Positions 1-11,697 of a DNA stretch of 64,000 nt are shown here, piece by piece (the first letter of the stretch is position 1; every line of letters begins with the position of its first letter). The notes under the pieces are model-generated. The model worked only from the letters and a program-made list of their open reading frames with translations. It was not told the DNA's origin and did no database searches. The translations under genes were made by a program, and so were the position numbers. Origin of the DNA: Escherichia coli O127:H6 str. E2348/69 (lineage in GTDB: Bacteria; Pseudomonadota; Gammaproteobacteria; Enterobacterales; Enterobacteriaceae); NCBI RefSeq assembly GCF_000026545.1, contig NC_011601.1; one strand, written 5' to 3'.

Positions 1-342
1 TCTGTTGGGCTATTGACCTTACGTTTCTGGCTACGTTATCAGAAGCATCCACAGGCATTTGCTCGCTGGACGCGCATCGTGCCGCCGGTTGTCGATACGC
101 TGTTATTGTTAAGCGGCATTGCGTTGATGGCTAAAGCGCACATCCTGCCATTTTCCGGGCAGGCACAGTGGCTGACTGAAAAGCTGTTTGGAGTTATCAT
201 TTATATCGTTTTGGGTTTTATTGCACTCGATTATCGTCGTATGCACAGTCAGCAGGCGCGCATTATTGCCTTCCCGCTGGCGTTGGTGGTTCTGTACATC
301 ATCATTAAACTCGCCACCACAAAAGTACCGTTACTGGGGTAA
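1..342 (+). CDS. sirB2: SirB2/YchQ-family inner membrane protein, 5' end truncated by window edge
   Basis: ORF is open to position 1 in frame; hydrophobic membrane protein; sits upstream of sirB1-kdsA as in E. coli. Confidence 0.6.
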   Translation, partial: SVGLLTLRFWLRYQKHPQAFARWTRIVPPVVDTLLLLSGIALMAKAHILPFSGQAQWLTEKLFGVIIYIVLGFIALDYRRMHSQQARIIAFPLALVVLYIIIKLATTKVPLLG

Positions 343-345
343 GTC

Positions 346-1155
346 ATGAGATCGTTAGCTGATTTCGAATTTAATAAAGCGCCATTGTGCGAAGGCATGA
401 TCCTGGCTTGCGAAGCAATCCGCCGCGATTTTCCCTCGCAAGATGTTTACGACGAACTGGAGCGTCTCGTTAGTCTGGCGAAGGAAGAAATTAGCCAGCT
501 TCTGCCATTAGAAGAGCAGCTAGAAAAATTAATCGCGCTGTTTTACGGCGAATGGGGGTTTAAAGCCTCACGCGGCGTTTATCGTCTTTCCGATGCATTA
601 TGGCTGGACCAGGTGTTAAAGAATCGACAGGGCAGTGCGGTATCATTAGGTGCGGTTTTATTATGGGTCGCGAATCGTCTCGATTTGCCGCTGCTGCCGG
701 TGATTTTCCCTACGCAGCTGATATTGCGCATTGAGTGTCCGGATGGCGAAATTTGGCTGATTAATCCTTTTAACGGTGAATCGTTAAGCGAACATATGCT
801 GGATGTGTGGTTAAAGGGAAATATCAGCCCGTCGGCGGAACTGTTTTATGAAGACCTTGATGAAGCTGATAACATTGAGGTAATCCGCAAATTGCTGGAT
901 ACACTCAAAGCTTCGTTGATGGAAGAAAATCAGATGGAGCTGGCGTTACGCACCAGCGAAGCTTTATTACAATTCAACCCGGAAGATCCCTATGAAATTC
1001 GCGATCGCGGGTTGATTTATGCGCAACTGGATTGCGAACACGTTGCGTTGAACGATTTAAGTTATTTCGTTGAACAGTGTCCGGAAGACCCGATCAGCGA
1101 AATGATCCGTGCGCAAATAAATAACATCGCGCATAAACATATTGTGCTGCATTAA
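346..1155 (+). CDS. sirB1: SirB1/YchA-family protein (transglutaminase-like/TPR)
   Basis: 269 aa ORF, conserved position immediately upstream of kdsA. Confidence 0.75.
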   Translation: MRSLADFEFNKAPLCEGMILACEAIRRDFPSQDVYDELERLVSLAKEEISQLLPLEEQLEKLIALFYGEWGFKASRGVYRLSDALWLDQVLKNRQGSAVSLGAVLLWVANRLDLPLLPVIFPTQLILRIECPDGEIWLINPFNGESLSEHMLDVWLKGNISPSAELFYEDLDEADNIEVIRKLLDTLKASLMEENQMELALRTSEALLQFNPEDPYEIRDRGLIYAQLDCEHVALNDLSYFVEQCPEDPISEMIRAQINNIAHKHIVLH

Positions 1156-1181
1156 TTAATCGACATTTTACTCAAGATTAA

Positions 1182-2045
<864 letters not shown>

Positions 2046-2065
2046 TCTTTTTTGCCTGAAAAATA

Positions 2066-2096
2066 AAGTCTTAGCGTTCTGCGTTAAGACTTTTTT
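2066..2096 (+). terminator. Rho-independent terminator of kdsA
   Basis: Inverted repeat AAGTCTTA...TAAGACTT followed by TTTTTT. Confidence 0.65.
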
Positions 2097-2193
2097 CATG
2101 GGTGCCGGATACAAAAAAGGCCGCAGGCTGTTACCCCTGCGGCCGGTTTCGGGCGCATATTGCCATCACGGCAGCCTGACGCCCGTTTTCACC

Positions 2194-2301
2194 TTACTTC
2201 CGGTTACGCCACCAGCCGACAATCGCTGCGGTAATAATTCCCGCAAGGATCGGTGCTGCCAGGTCGTGCCAGAAAGTCATGGCAAACTGCGCGAGCGTCA
2301 T
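2194..2301 (-). CDS. ldrA: Ldr-family type I toxin peptide (35 aa)
   Basis: Minus-strand translation gives MTLAQFAMTFWHDLAAPILAGIITAAIVGWWRNRK, matching the Ldr toxin family; a cognate Rdl antisense RNA is expected nearby but not mapped. Confidence 0.8.
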   Translation of the reverse strand: MTLAQFAMTFWHDLAAPILAGIITAAIVGWWRNRK

Positions 2302-2705
2302 ATAGCCGCCTTGTTGTAATGACAACATTTTGCGGCTATTCTTGAATTGTTCTGGTTCAAGATTAGCCCCCGTTCTGTTGTCAGGTTATACCTCTCAACG
2401 TGCGGGGGTTTTCTCTTTCCAGCAACCAATGCCACCAGGGATAAAGCCCCCGCAACATTGCGCCTCACCGGATAACGCCGGCTTGGTGTGGATACTACGT
2501 CGCAATTCATCTTCACTTCATCCCTGAAATGTTTGCAACAAAGGGTACATTCCGGCTTTTCAACAGCTGTTACAGTCGTTTCGTGCAGGTTGTGGTACAG
2601 GCTTGCAATTCTGATTAACAACCTGTCCAGCTAGTATGAAGAAATATAATAAGCAGGAATTTATATTATCTCCCCCGATTTCCGTCATCGGAGGAGATAT
2701 AACTG

Positions 2706-3806
2706 TCAGGCAAATATCGTCATCAAATAGGCGGCAAACAGTGCCAGATGCGCTGCGCCATTGAGCACGTTAGTTCGTCCGGTGGAGAAGGAGATATGGC
2801 ACAGTACTAAAGAGGCCACCATCACCACCATTTCTGGCGCACCAAGTGCAAACTGCAATTCGTTACCCGTCATAAAGGCAATTAGCGTGACGACAGGTAC
2901 GGTAAGCGAAATGGTTGCCAACACTGAACCAAAGAACAGATTCATCGCGCGCTGGACCTGGTTATTCAACACTGCTTTTAACGCACCTAAACCTTCCGGC
3001 GACAGAATCAACAGAGCCACCAGGAAGCCAGTAAAGGCGACAGGCGCATTCATGCTGTCGAGCAATGTCTCCAGCGGGCTGGCGTTCATTTTGGTGACTG
3101 CAATAACGGCAATCAGATGGACAATCAACCAGATGGCATGCCACAGGCTGCTATGGGCAGACGGTTTACCGTGGTGCGGGTCGTCATCATCACTGTCATC
3201 TTCGTGCTCGTAGACAAACAAACTTTGATGTGTTTTGGTCTGGATCAGCAAAAATACGCCATACATTGCCGCAGAAATTAATGCTACCAGTAACGCCTGA
3301 CCTGTTGAAAAATTCGCTGCAGGCAGAGCCATTGGAAATACCAGTACGATTATCGCCAGGGGGAACAGCGCAATTAAATACTGCTTGATACCAAACAGAT
3401 TCATATATTGGGTGGCAAACTTACGTCCGCCCAACAATAATGAAAAGCCAACCAGCCCACCTGTAACAATCATAATGATTGAATAGAGCGTATCACGCAT
3501 TAGCGTTGGCGCGGCGTCGCCGGTTGCCATTAAAGCTGAAATCAAACTGACTTCAAGAATAACCACTGAAAGGCTAAGAATAAGCGAACCGTAAGGTTCT
3601 CCCAGGCGATGGGCTAATACGTCCGCATGACGGACAACACTAAAGGCGCTACTTAAAATACCAATAAGCGCAAGAAGATTGATGGCAATGACCACTGGTA
3701 GTGTCTGGCTGCTTCCCCACAGGAACAGCACTACCAGCGCCAGAACCGGGAAAATAAGCGAAGTCTCCTTGTGGCGGGTTTTTACCGCCTCTTGAGCATT
3801 TGACAT
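2706..3806 (-). CDS. chaA: Ca2+/H+ (Na+/H+) antiporter
   Basis: 366 aa polytopic membrane protein with acidic loop, conserved context with chaBC. Confidence 0.95.
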   Translation of the reverse strand: MSNAQEAVKTRHKETSLIFPVLALVVLFLWGSSQTLPVVIAINLLALIGILSSAFSVVRHADVLAHRLGEPYGSLILSLSVVILEVSLISALMATGDAAPTLMRDTLYSIIMIVTGGLVGFSLLLGGRKFATQYMNLFGIKQYLIALFPLAIIVLVFPMALPAANFSTGQALLVALISAAMYGVFLLIQTKTHQSLFVYEHEDDSDDDDPHHGKPSAHSSLWHAIWLIVHLIAVIAVTKMNASPLETLLDSMNAPVAFTGFLVALLILSPEGLGALKAVLNNQVQRAMNLFFGSVLATISLTVPVVTLIAFMTGNELQFALGAPEMVVMVASLVLCHISFSTGRTNVLNGAAHLALFAAYLMTIFA

Positions 3807-4075
3807 TATGGTTATCCCTTTGCAGATGAATTTATCGAAAATGTAAAAAATAGGTAGGAAAAATAACAGAAAGTGTCTGGATATCGGTAATATTTTACGA
3901 ATTTTTACCCCGCTGTCGATTTTTTACTCATTTTGGCATAAAAATAAGTAATACGTTTAGACAATGTTTGTTTTAGCACTTCTTAAGAAGAGTCTGACAT
4001 GAAAATTCTTATGTTTTGGCAAGAGTAAATATTGTTGACCACACTTAATGTTCAACTTTGTAAAAGGAGTCAACG

Positions 4076-4306
4076 ATGTCGTATAAAACGAAAAGCGATC
4101 TGCCGGAAAGCGTAAAGCACGTGCTTCCGTCTCATGCCCAGGATATCTATAAAGAAGCGTTCAACAGCGCATGGGATCAATATAAAGATAAAGAAGATCG
4201 GCGTGATGACGCCAGTCGCGAAGAAACAGCGCATAAAGTGGCCTGGGCTGCGGTGAAGCATGAATATGCCAAAGGGGATGATGATAAATGGCATAAAAAA
4301 TCGTAA
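4076..4306 (+). CDS. chaB: Cation transport regulator ChaB
   Basis: 76 aa, MSYKTKSDLPESVKHVLPSHAQDIYKEAFNSAWDQYK. Confidence 0.9.
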   Translation: MSYKTKSDLPESVKHVLPSHAQDIYKEAFNSAWDQYKDKEDRRDDASREETAHKVAWAAVKHEYAKGDDDKWHKKS

Positions 4307-4463
4307 AACCGGTAGCTTAGTTAAAGCTATTCGTGCGGTGTTGCCTTGCAAGTGGTCCGTGGATTGCATCTTGTCCCGTTAGTGGTTTCAAAATGAGCAG
4401 TAAAAATGTCCGGAAGACACCAAAAAGTTGTCGCAGGGAAGTATGCAGTGGCGGAGGTGTAAG

Positions 4464-5159
4464 GTGATAACGCGTGATTTCTTGATGAATGCCGATTGTA
4501 AAACGGCATTTGGTGCCATTGAAGAATCACTCTTATGGTCAGCAGAACAACGGGCGGCTTCGCTGGCGGCGACGCTGGCTTGCCGACCTGATGAGGGACC
4601 GGTGTGGATCTTCGGTTATGGATCGTTGATGTGGAATCCGGCACTGGAGTTTACCGAGTCGTGCACCGGTACACTGGTTGGATGGCATCGCGCGTTTTGC
4701 CTGCGTCTGACCGCCGGGCGCGGGACTGCGCACCAGCCGGGACGAATGCTTGCACTGAAAGAGGGCGGACGCACCACAGGCGTCGCCTATCGACTGCCAG
4801 AAGAGACGCTGGAGCAGGAACTAACCCTGCTGTGGAAGCGTGAGATGATTACCGGCTGTTATCTGCCAACCTGGTGTCAGCTTGATCTTGATGATGGACG
4901 CACAGTAAACGCCATTGTGTTTATTATGGACCCGCGACATCCAGAATATGAATCTGACACTCGCGCTCAGGTCATAGCGCCGTTGATTGCGGCGGCGAGC
5001 GGTCCGCTGGGAACCAACGCACAATACCTGTTTTCACTGGAACAGGAGCTTATCAAACTGGGAATGCAGGACGATGGGCTGAATGATTTGCTGGTATCGG
5101 TAAAAAAACTGCTGGCGGAGAATTATCCGGATGGTGTGTTACGGCCGGGATTCGCCTGA
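4464..5159 (+). CDS. chaC: Glutathione-specific gamma-glutamylcyclotransferase ChaC
   Basis: ChaC family (GYGSLMWNP motif); start placed at in-frame GTG 4464 (ORF opens at 4428), start uncertain. Confidence 0.85.
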   Translation: MITRDFLMNADCKTAFGAIEESLLWSAEQRAASLAATLACRPDEGPVWIFGYGSLMWNPALEFTESCTGTLVGWHRAFCLRLTAGRGTAHQPGRMLALKEGGRTTGVAYRLPEETLEQELTLLWKREMITGCYLPTWCQLDLDDGRTVNAIVFIMDPRHPEYESDTRAQVIAPLIAAASGPLGTNAQYLFSLEQELIKLGMQDDGLNDLLVSVKKLLAENYPDGVLRPGFA

Positions 5160-5176
5160 GTAAACTTCCCTCATAG

Positions 5177-5194
5177 TGGGGCGTCAGACGCCCC
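5177..5194. terminator. Bidirectional hairpin between convergent chaC and ychN
   Basis: GGGGCGTC-aga-GACGCCCC perfect inverted repeat. Confidence 0.55.
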
Positions 5195-5202
5195 CTCAAA
5201 CA

Positions 5203-5556
5203 TTAAAATGTGAGCACTTTATCGGCTGACAGCGTCCATTGCGCCAGTTCCACAAGAGTACCGATTTCCACCCCATCAATCAGAGGAAGTGTACTAATCC
5301 CGCGCCCGTCAGTACAGGTTTTGCACAATTTCACCGGTACATTCTGAGCGGTAAGGATCTCCAGCATTTGCTGAATGTTGTAGCCTTCCCCTGGTTTTTG
5401 CCCGCGCAACCCGGCTGTGACCGCATCAGACATCAGGAACAGACGCAGATCCAGATTGCTCTCCTGCTCTCGTAACGCAATGGCCAGCCGCAAGCTGTTA
5501 AACAAGGATTCGCTCCCGTAAGGTGCGCCATTGGCAACGATCACGATTTTTTGCAT
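5203..5556 (-). CDS. ychN: DsrE/DsrF-like family protein YchN
   Basis: 117 aa, MQKIVIVANGAPYGSES... Confidence 0.9.
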   Translation of the reverse strand: MQKIVIVANGAPYGSESLFNSLRLAIALREQESNLDLRLFLMSDAVTAGLRGQKPGEGYNIQQMLEILTAQNVPVKLCKTCTDGRGISTLPLIDGVEIGTLVELAQWTLSADKVLTF

Positions 5557-5573
5557 TATTTACTCCTGTATTC

Positions 5574-5677
<104 letters not shown>

Positions 5678-5678
5678 T

Positions 5679-5731
<53 letters not shown>

Positions 5732-5740
5732 ACCGACGTT

Positions 5741-7135
5741 TTGAGCCGTTTCGTTCCTCGCATTATTCCGCTTTATTTACTCTTGCTGGCGGCAGGCGGT
5801 ACAGCTAACGCACAATCTACCTTCGAGCAAAAAGCGGCGAATCCCTTTGATAATAACAATGATGGTCTGCCAGATTTAGGCATGGCACCCGAAAATCATG
5901 ATGGGGAAAAACACTTTGCTGAAATTGTGAAAGATTTCGGCGAAACCAGTATGAATGATAACGGGCTGGATACTGGCGAGCAGGCAAAAGCTTTCGCATT
6001 GGGAAAAGTCCGCGACGCGCTTAGTCAACAGGTTAATCAGCACGTAGAGTCCTGGCTATCACCGTGGGGAAATGCCAGTGTTGACGTCAAAGTGGATAAC
6101 GAAGGACATTTCACCGGCAGTCGTGGAAGCTGGTTTGTGCCGTTACAAGATAATGATCGTTATCTCACCTGGAGCCAGCTTGGTCTTACTCAGCAGGATG
6201 ATGGGCTGGTGAGCAATGTGGGCGTTGGGCAACGCTGGGCGCGCGGCAGCTGGCTGGTGGGTTATAACACTTTTTATGACAACTTGCTGGACGAAAATCT
6301 TCAGCGAGCGGGCTTCGGTGCCGAAGCGTGGGGCGAATATTTGCGACTATCGGCAAACTTTTATCAGCCGTTTGCTGCATGGCATGAACAGACAGCCACG
6401 CAGGAACAACGGATGGCGCGCGGGTACGACCTGACAGCCCGAATGCGCATGCCGTTCTATCAACACCTCAATACCAGTGTCAGCGTAGAACAGTATTTTG
6501 GTGATCGTGTTGATTTGTTTAACTCTGGTACGGGTTATCACAATCCCGTCGCGTTGAGTCTGGGATTAAATTATACCCCAGTGCCATTAGTCACTGTGAC
6601 GGCCCAGCATAAACAGGGTGAAAGTGGCGAGAATCAAAATAACCTCGGACTGAATCTTAACTACCGCTTTGGTGTACCGCTCAAAAAACAACTTTCTGCG
6701 GGCGAGGTTGCCGAAAGTCAGTCGTTACGTGGTAGTCGCTATGACAATCCGCAGCGAAATAATCTGCCGACTCTTGAGTACCGACAGCGAAAAACCTTAA
6801 CGGTGTTTCTGGCGACACCGCCGTGGGATCTAAAACCTGGCGAAACAGTGCCGCTGAAATTACAAATCCGCAGTCGTTACGGTATTCGGCAACTGATTTG
6901 GCAGGGCGATACGCAGATATTAAGTTTGACGCCGGGCGCACAAGCCAACAGCGTGGAGGGCTGGACGCTGATCATGCCTGACTGGCAGAACGGGGAAGGG
7001 GCGAGCAATCACTGGCGATTGTCGGTGGTGGTGGAAGATAACCAGGGGCAGCGTGTCTCCTCCAATGAGATCACGCTAACGCTTGTCGAACCGTTCGATG
7101 CATTGTCAAACGACGAACTGCGCTGGGAACCGTAA
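5741..7135 (+). CDS. ychO: Invasin/intimin-like inverse autotransporter family protein YchO
   Basis: 464 aa with signal-peptide-like N-terminus, conserved position upstream of narL; start uncertain. Confidence 0.8.
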   Translation: MSRFVPRIIPLYLLLLAAGGTANAQSTFEQKAANPFDNNNDGLPDLGMAPENHDGEKHFAEIVKDFGETSMNDNGLDTGEQAKAFALGKVRDALSQQVNQHVESWLSPWGNASVDVKVDNEGHFTGSRGSWFVPLQDNDRYLTWSQLGLTQQDDGLVSNVGVGQRWARGSWLVGYNTFYDNLLDENLQRAGFGAEAWGEYLRLSANFYQPFAAWHEQTATQEQRMARGYDLTARMRMPFYQHLNTSVSVEQYFGDRVDLFNSGTGYHNPVALSLGLNYTPVPLVTVTAQHKQGESGENQNNLGLNLNYRFGVPLKKQLSAGEVAESQSLRGSRYDNPQRNNLPTLEYRQRKTLTVFLATPPWDLKPGETVPLKLQIRSRYGIRQLIWQGDTQILSLTPGAQANSVEGWTLIMPDWQNGEGASNHWRLSVVVEDNQGQRVSSNEITLTLVEPFDALSNDELRWEP

Positions 7136-7786
7136 TCAGAAAATGCGCTCCTGATGCACCCATACCGCTGCTTCCACGCGAGACTTGAGCTTCATTTTCT
7201 TCAGCATGTGCTTGACGTGCACTTTTACTGTGCTTTCGGTGATATCCAGGCGGCGGGCAATCATCTTGTTCGGCAAACCCTGGGCAATCAGCTTGAGTAT
7301 ATCGCGCTCGCGTGGGGTTAACTGGTTAACATCGCGTTCAGTAGTGGCACGGCTAGCGCGCAAGCTGGCGGCCAGAACTGGCGTTAATGCTTCGCTTAAT
7401 ACCATTTCGCCAGCAGCTGCCTGATGTAACGCTTTCAGCAGATCTTCCGGTTCCATATCTTTTAACAGATAGCCATCCGCGCCGCGTTTCAGTGCGGTGA
7501 CCACATCTTCTTCATGGTTAGAGACGCTGAATACCACAATGCGACCGGAGAGGGACTTTTCGCGCAGTTTATCCAGCGTTTCCAGACCATTCATGCCGGG
7601 CATATTGAGATCTAACAGGATCAGATCGGGATCAAGAGATTCCGCCAGTTCAATACCCTGTTCGCCATTACTCGCTTCGCCAACCACGGTGATATCTGGT
7701 GCCATACTGATAAGCTGTTTTACGCCAGTTCGCAGCATCGGGTGATCGTCGATCAGCAGGATAGTAGCCGGTTCCTGATTACTCAT
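7136..7786 (-). CDS. narL: Nitrate/nitrite response regulator NarL
   Basis: 216 aa from [25 protein letters not shown]; REC plus LuxR-type HTH. Confidence 0.95.
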   Translation of the reverse strand: MSNQEPATILLIDDHPMLRTGVKQLISMAPDITVVGEASNGEQGIELAESLDPDLILLDLNMPGMNGLETLDKLREKSLSGRIVVFSVSNHEEDVVTALKRGADGYLLKDMEPEDLLKALHQAAAGEMVLSEALTPVLAASLRASRATTERDVNQLTPRERDILKLIAQGLPNKMIARRLDITESTVKVHVKHMLKKMKLKSRVEAAVWVHQERIF

Positions 7787-9575
7787 GGGTATCTCCTTGG
7801 ACGTCTGTGAAAGTTTTTTCGGGAATAAAGGTGACAACCACTTCGGTGCCACCTGATTCACGACGGCGGACGCGGCAATCGCCTCGTAAACTTTGCGCAC
7901 GGTCGCGCATTATTATCATGCCGTAGTGATTGCTGCGGATGGCATTTTCAGGCACGCCGCAGCCGTTATCCTGGACGGTCAGTTTGACCTGATTATCGTT
8001 TTGCGCCACCGTCACCACGACCTCACTCGCTTGCGAATGTTTGAGGGCGTTACTTAATGCCTCACGGGCAATTTGCAACAAGTGGATTGCCTGATGCGAA
8101 GGCACCAGACGAGGCGGCAATTGATAATCCAGCTTCACCGGGAAGCCAAATTTGGCGCTGTACTCTTCGCAACTCGCCTCCAGCGCCGGACGTAATCCAG
8201 GCTCGGTGAGCTGCAAGCGGAATGTGGTGAGCAATTCACGCAACTGCGCCCAGGATGCATTCAGTTCGTTACGGATCTGACTTAACAGTTCGCGGCTGCT
8301 TTCTGGCAGCGCATCGCCCTGCATCTGTAAACAACTCACCTGCATCTTCATGCAAGAGAGAGATTGGGCAATAGAATCATGCAGTTCGCGCGCAATGGTG
8401 GCACGCTCTTCCATCACGATCAACTGTTGCTGACGTTCCTGATGCCGATCCAGCGCCAGCGTGGCGGTGAGTTGTTCAACCAGGGTATCCACCAGTTGTT
8501 GTTGATCATGGCTAAGATGACGCCCCTGCGGCAGGGTCGCCAGCAAAATACCGTACTGCGTATGAGAGTCAGCCAGCCGCCACTTCAGGGTTGTACCGCG
8601 ATCGCCAACGGGTAATACGCCGCGCGGGCAGAGCTGGCAGCCTTTATCATCACAAGTCATATCTGACTGGCAGGTAAACTCCTGATGATTCTCTTCATCA
8701 TCAGTGTCATACACCCGCAGTTCGATATCACGTAGCAGGGTTAAATTCTGTAATCCGTTGAGTACAGGTGACAGGCGTTCACACAGCGGGGCGCGGGAAT
8801 GCAAACGGCGGTTAGCCTGCCATAAAAAAGAGAGGATCTGATTTTTATGCTCCAGCCCGGCGGTTTTCTCCTGAACCCGCTGCTCAAGTACAGCATAACT
8901 TTCCGCCAGTTCTGCAGACATATTGTTCAACGCAGTTCCAAGCATCGCCATTTCGTTGCGCCCGCTGGTGTTTGCGCGTTGGGTAAAATCGCGATGGCTG
9001 ACGGCACTCGCCATTGCCAGCAGTTGCCGCCACGGTTGTAGCAATCTCGCCCGCAACCAGATAATAGTGAATACCAGTAAAAGTGCCATAAATACTGCCA
9101 TTACCCGATGGACCAGCACCACTGTCTCAATGCGCATTTCCGTGGTGCGATCAAAACCAGATACCAGCTGATCAAGCCCGGCAACAAACTGGCTGACATC
9201 CGCTGACACCGTTTCGCGGTTTTGTGCACGCATCAGTGCAGGGATTAATTCATTACGCCAGTAATCTTGTAAACCCTGTAATTGCGCCAGTTGCCCGTCT
9301 CGTTCTGCTGCTCGAGTCAACTCGGCGCTAAATGCCGTTTGTTCCATCTCTTTAATTAAGGGCTTGTCTTTCTCGCTTAATGGCACTGCTGCCAACAGAC
9401 GGTAACTTTGCATGCGCAGCGATCCCGCTTTGTTGATCGCATGGGCGCTACCCTGAACGCCTTGCACCAGCCAGCCAGAAACCGCCATCCCTGCCAGTCC
9501 AATAGCAGTAGAAAGCAACACAATAAGCGCAACCTGATTAACCAGGGTAAGCGGAGAGAGACAACGTTTAAGCAT
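7779..9575 (-). CDS. narX: Nitrate/nitrite sensor histidine kinase NarX
   Basis: 598 aa, overlaps narL start by 8 nt; HAMP/histidine kinase organisation. Confidence 0.95.
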   Translation of the reverse strand: MLKRCLSPLTLVNQVALIVLLSTAIGLAGMAVSGWLVQGVQGSAHAINKAGSLRMQSYRLLAAVPLSEKDKPLIKEMEQTAFSAELTRAAERDGQLAQLQGLQDYWRNELIPALMRAQNRETVSADVSQFVAGLDQLVSGFDRTTEMRIETVVLVHRVMAVFMALLLVFTIIWLRARLLQPWRQLLAMASAVSHRDFTQRANTSGRNEMAMLGTALNNMSAELAESYAVLEQRVQEKTAGLEHKNQILSFLWQANRRLHSRAPLCERLSPVLNGLQNLTLLRDIELRVYDTDDEENHQEFTCQSDMTCDDKGCQLCPRGVLPVGDRGTTLKWRLADSHTQYGILLATLPQGRHLSHDQQQLVDTLVEQLTATLALDRHQERQQQLIVMEERATIARELHDSIAQSLSCMKMQVSCLQMQGDALPESSRELLSQIRNELNASWAQLRELLTTFRLQLTEPGLRPALEASCEEYSAKFGFPVKLDYQLPPRLVPSHQAIHLLQIAREALSNALKHSQASEVVVTVAQNDNQVKLTVQDNGCGVPENAIRSNHYGMIIMRDRAQSLRGDCRVRRRESGGTEVVVTFIPEKTFTDVQGDTHE

Positions 9576-9840
9576 GTAAACCTCTTCCTTCAGGCTTTAA
9601 ATGAGCAATAACCTTAATGAATGTGACGATACATTCTGGAATGGCAGTATTCTCGGCTATTGGCTGAAGTATACCCATACCCGGAAAGAGTTACTCCTTA
9701 TTTGCCGTGTGGTTAGTCGCTTTACATCGGTAAGGGTAGGGATTTTACAGCACCGTGAAAAATCTCATAATTTTTATGAAATCACTGTACTCACTATGGA
9801 TAATGATAAATATCAATGATAGATAAAGTTATCTTATCGT

Positions 9841-9854
9841 TTGATTTACATCAA
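9841..9854. promoter_or_regulatory. FNR-box-like site in narK promoter
   Basis: TTGAT-ttac-ATCAA perfect match to FNR consensus TTGAT-N4-ATCAA upstream of narK. Confidence 0.6.
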
Positions 9855-9913
9855 ATTGCCTTTAGCTACAGACACTAAGGTGGCAGACATCGAAACGAGT
9901 ATCAGAGGTGTCT

Positions 9914-11305
9914 ATGAGTCACTCATCCGCCCCCGAAAGGGCTACTGGAGCTGTCATTACAGATTGGCGACCGGAAGATCCTGCGTTCTGGCAACAACGC
10001 GGTCAACGTATTGCCAGCCGCAACCTGTGGATTTCCGTTCCCTGTCTGCTGCTGGCGTTTTGCGTATGGATGTTGTTCAGCGCTGTTGCGGTGAACTTAC
10101 CGAAAGTCGGTTTTAATTTTACGACCGATCAGCTATTTATGTTGACTGCGCTGCCTTCGGTTTCTGGCGCGTTATTACGTGTTCCATACTCCTTTATGGT
10201 TCCTATCTTCGGTGGTCGTCGCTGGACGGCGTTCAGCACCGGTATTCTGATTATTCCATGCGTCTGGCTGGGTTTTGCCGTGCAGGATACCTCCACGCCT
10301 TATAGCGTCTTCATCATCATTTCTCTGCTGTGCGGCTTTGCTGGCGCGAATTTCGCATCCAGTATGGCAAACATCAGCTTCTTCTTTCCGAAACAGAAGC
10401 AGGGTGGCGCGCTGGGTCTGAATGGTGGTCTGGGCAACATGGGCGTCAGCGTCATGCAGTTGGTTGCTCCGCTGGTGGTATCACTGTCGATTTTCGCAGT
10501 ATTTGGTAGCCAGGGCGTCAAACAGCCGGATGGGACTGAGCTGTATCTGGCGAATGCGTCCTGGATATGGGTGCCGTTCCTTGCCATCTTCACCATTGCG
10601 GCGTGGTTTGGCATGAACGATCTTGCTACCTCAAAAGCCTCCATCAAGGAGCAGTTGCCAGTACTCAAACGGGGTCATCTGTGGATTATGAGCCTGCTGT
10701 ATCTGGCAACCTTCGGCTCCTTCATCGGCTTCTCCGCGGGCTTTGCGATGCTGTCAAAAACGCAGTTCCCGGATGTTCAGATTCTGCAATACGCTTTCTT
10801 CGGGCCGTTTATTGGTGCGCTGGCGCGTTCTGCAGGTGGTGCATTATCTGACCGTCTGGGCGGAACTCGTGTCACGCTGGTGAACTTTATCCTGATGGCG
10901 ATTTTCAGCGGCCTGCTGTTCCTGACCTTACCGACTGACGGACAGGGCGGAAGCTTCATGGCGTTCTTCGCAGTCTTCCTGGCGCTGTTCCTGACCGCTG
11001 GGCTGGGTAGTGGTTCCACTTTCCAGATGATTTCCGTGATCTTCCGTAAACTGACAATGGATCGCGTGAAAGCAGAAGGGGGTTCTGACGAACGTGCGAT
11101 GCGTGAAGCGGCAACCGACACGGCGGCGGCGCTGGGTTTCATCTCTGCGATTGGCGCGATTGGTGGCTTCTTTATCCCGAAAGCGTTTGGTAGCTCGCTG
11201 GCATTAACGGGTTCGCCAGTCGGCGCAATGAAAGTATTTTTGATTTTCTATATCGCCTGCGTGGTGATTACCTGGGCGGTATATGGTCGGCATTCTAAAA
11301 AATAA
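9914..11305 (+). CDS. narK: Nitrate/nitrite transporter NarK (MFS)
   Basis: ATG at 9914 gives MSHSSAPERATGAVITDW; 463 aa MFS protein. Confidence 0.95.
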   Translation: MSHSSAPERATGAVITDWRPEDPAFWQQRGQRIASRNLWISVPCLLLAFCVWMLFSAVAVNLPKVGFNFTTDQLFMLTALPSVSGALLRVPYSFMVPIFGGRRWTAFSTGILIIPCVWLGFAVQDTSTPYSVFIIISLLCGFAGANFASSMANISFFFPKQKQGGALGLNGGLGNMGVSVMQLVAPLVVSLSIFAVFGSQGVKQPDGTELYLANASWIWVPFLAIFTIAAWFGMNDLATSKASIKEQLPVLKRGHLWIMSLLYLATFGSFIGFSAGFAMLSKTQFPDVQILQYAFFGPFIGALARSAGGALSDRLGGTRVTLVNFILMAIFSGLLFLTLPTDGQGGSFMAFFAVFLALFLTAGLGSGSTFQMISVIFRKLTMDRVKAEGGSDERAMREAATDTAAALGFISAIGAIGGFFIPKAFGSSLALTGSPVGAMKVFLIFYIACVVITWAVYGRHSKK

Positions 11306-11429
11306 ATCGTAATATTTGATTATCCTTTGCGCGGCATGATGTCGCGCTTTTTTTATGCGTCATTTAGTTACAACATACTAATGTTGTATGGCTTATTTCG
11401 CTGGATTTCATTAAGAGTCATTAATATGT

Positions 11430-11459
11430 TACCCATGGGGAATACTCCTTAATACCCAT
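11430..11459. promoter_or_regulatory. NarL heptamer cluster about 200 bp upstream of narG start site
   Basis: Three TACYYMT heptamers (TACCCAT, TACTCCT, TACCCAT) at 11430-36, 11443-49, 11453-59. Confidence 0.6.
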
Positions 11460-11592
11460 CTGCATAAAAATCTTAATGGTTTAAATAACTACAGGTGTAA
11501 AACGTCTTAATTTACAGTCTGTTATGCTGTAACTGTTAATTATCCTAAAGGGGTATTCCAGGAATTTACTTTATTTTTCATCCCCATCACTC

Positions 11593-11606
11593 TTGATCGT
11601 TATCAA
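11593..11606. promoter_or_regulatory. FNR box of narG promoter
   Basis: TTGAT-cgtt-ATCAA perfect FNR consensus about 90 bp upstream of narG ATG. Confidence 0.8.
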
Positions 11607-11697
11607 TTCCCACGCTGTTTCAGAGCGTTACCTTGCCCTTAAACATTAGCAATGTCGATTTATCAGAGGGCCGACAGGCTCCCACAGGAGAAAACCG

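Noticed and set aside
2298-2621. 107-aa minus-strand ORF upstream of ldr
   Set aside because: Begins inside the ldr start region and runs through the expected leader/antisense RNA area; no ribosome site or recognisable protein
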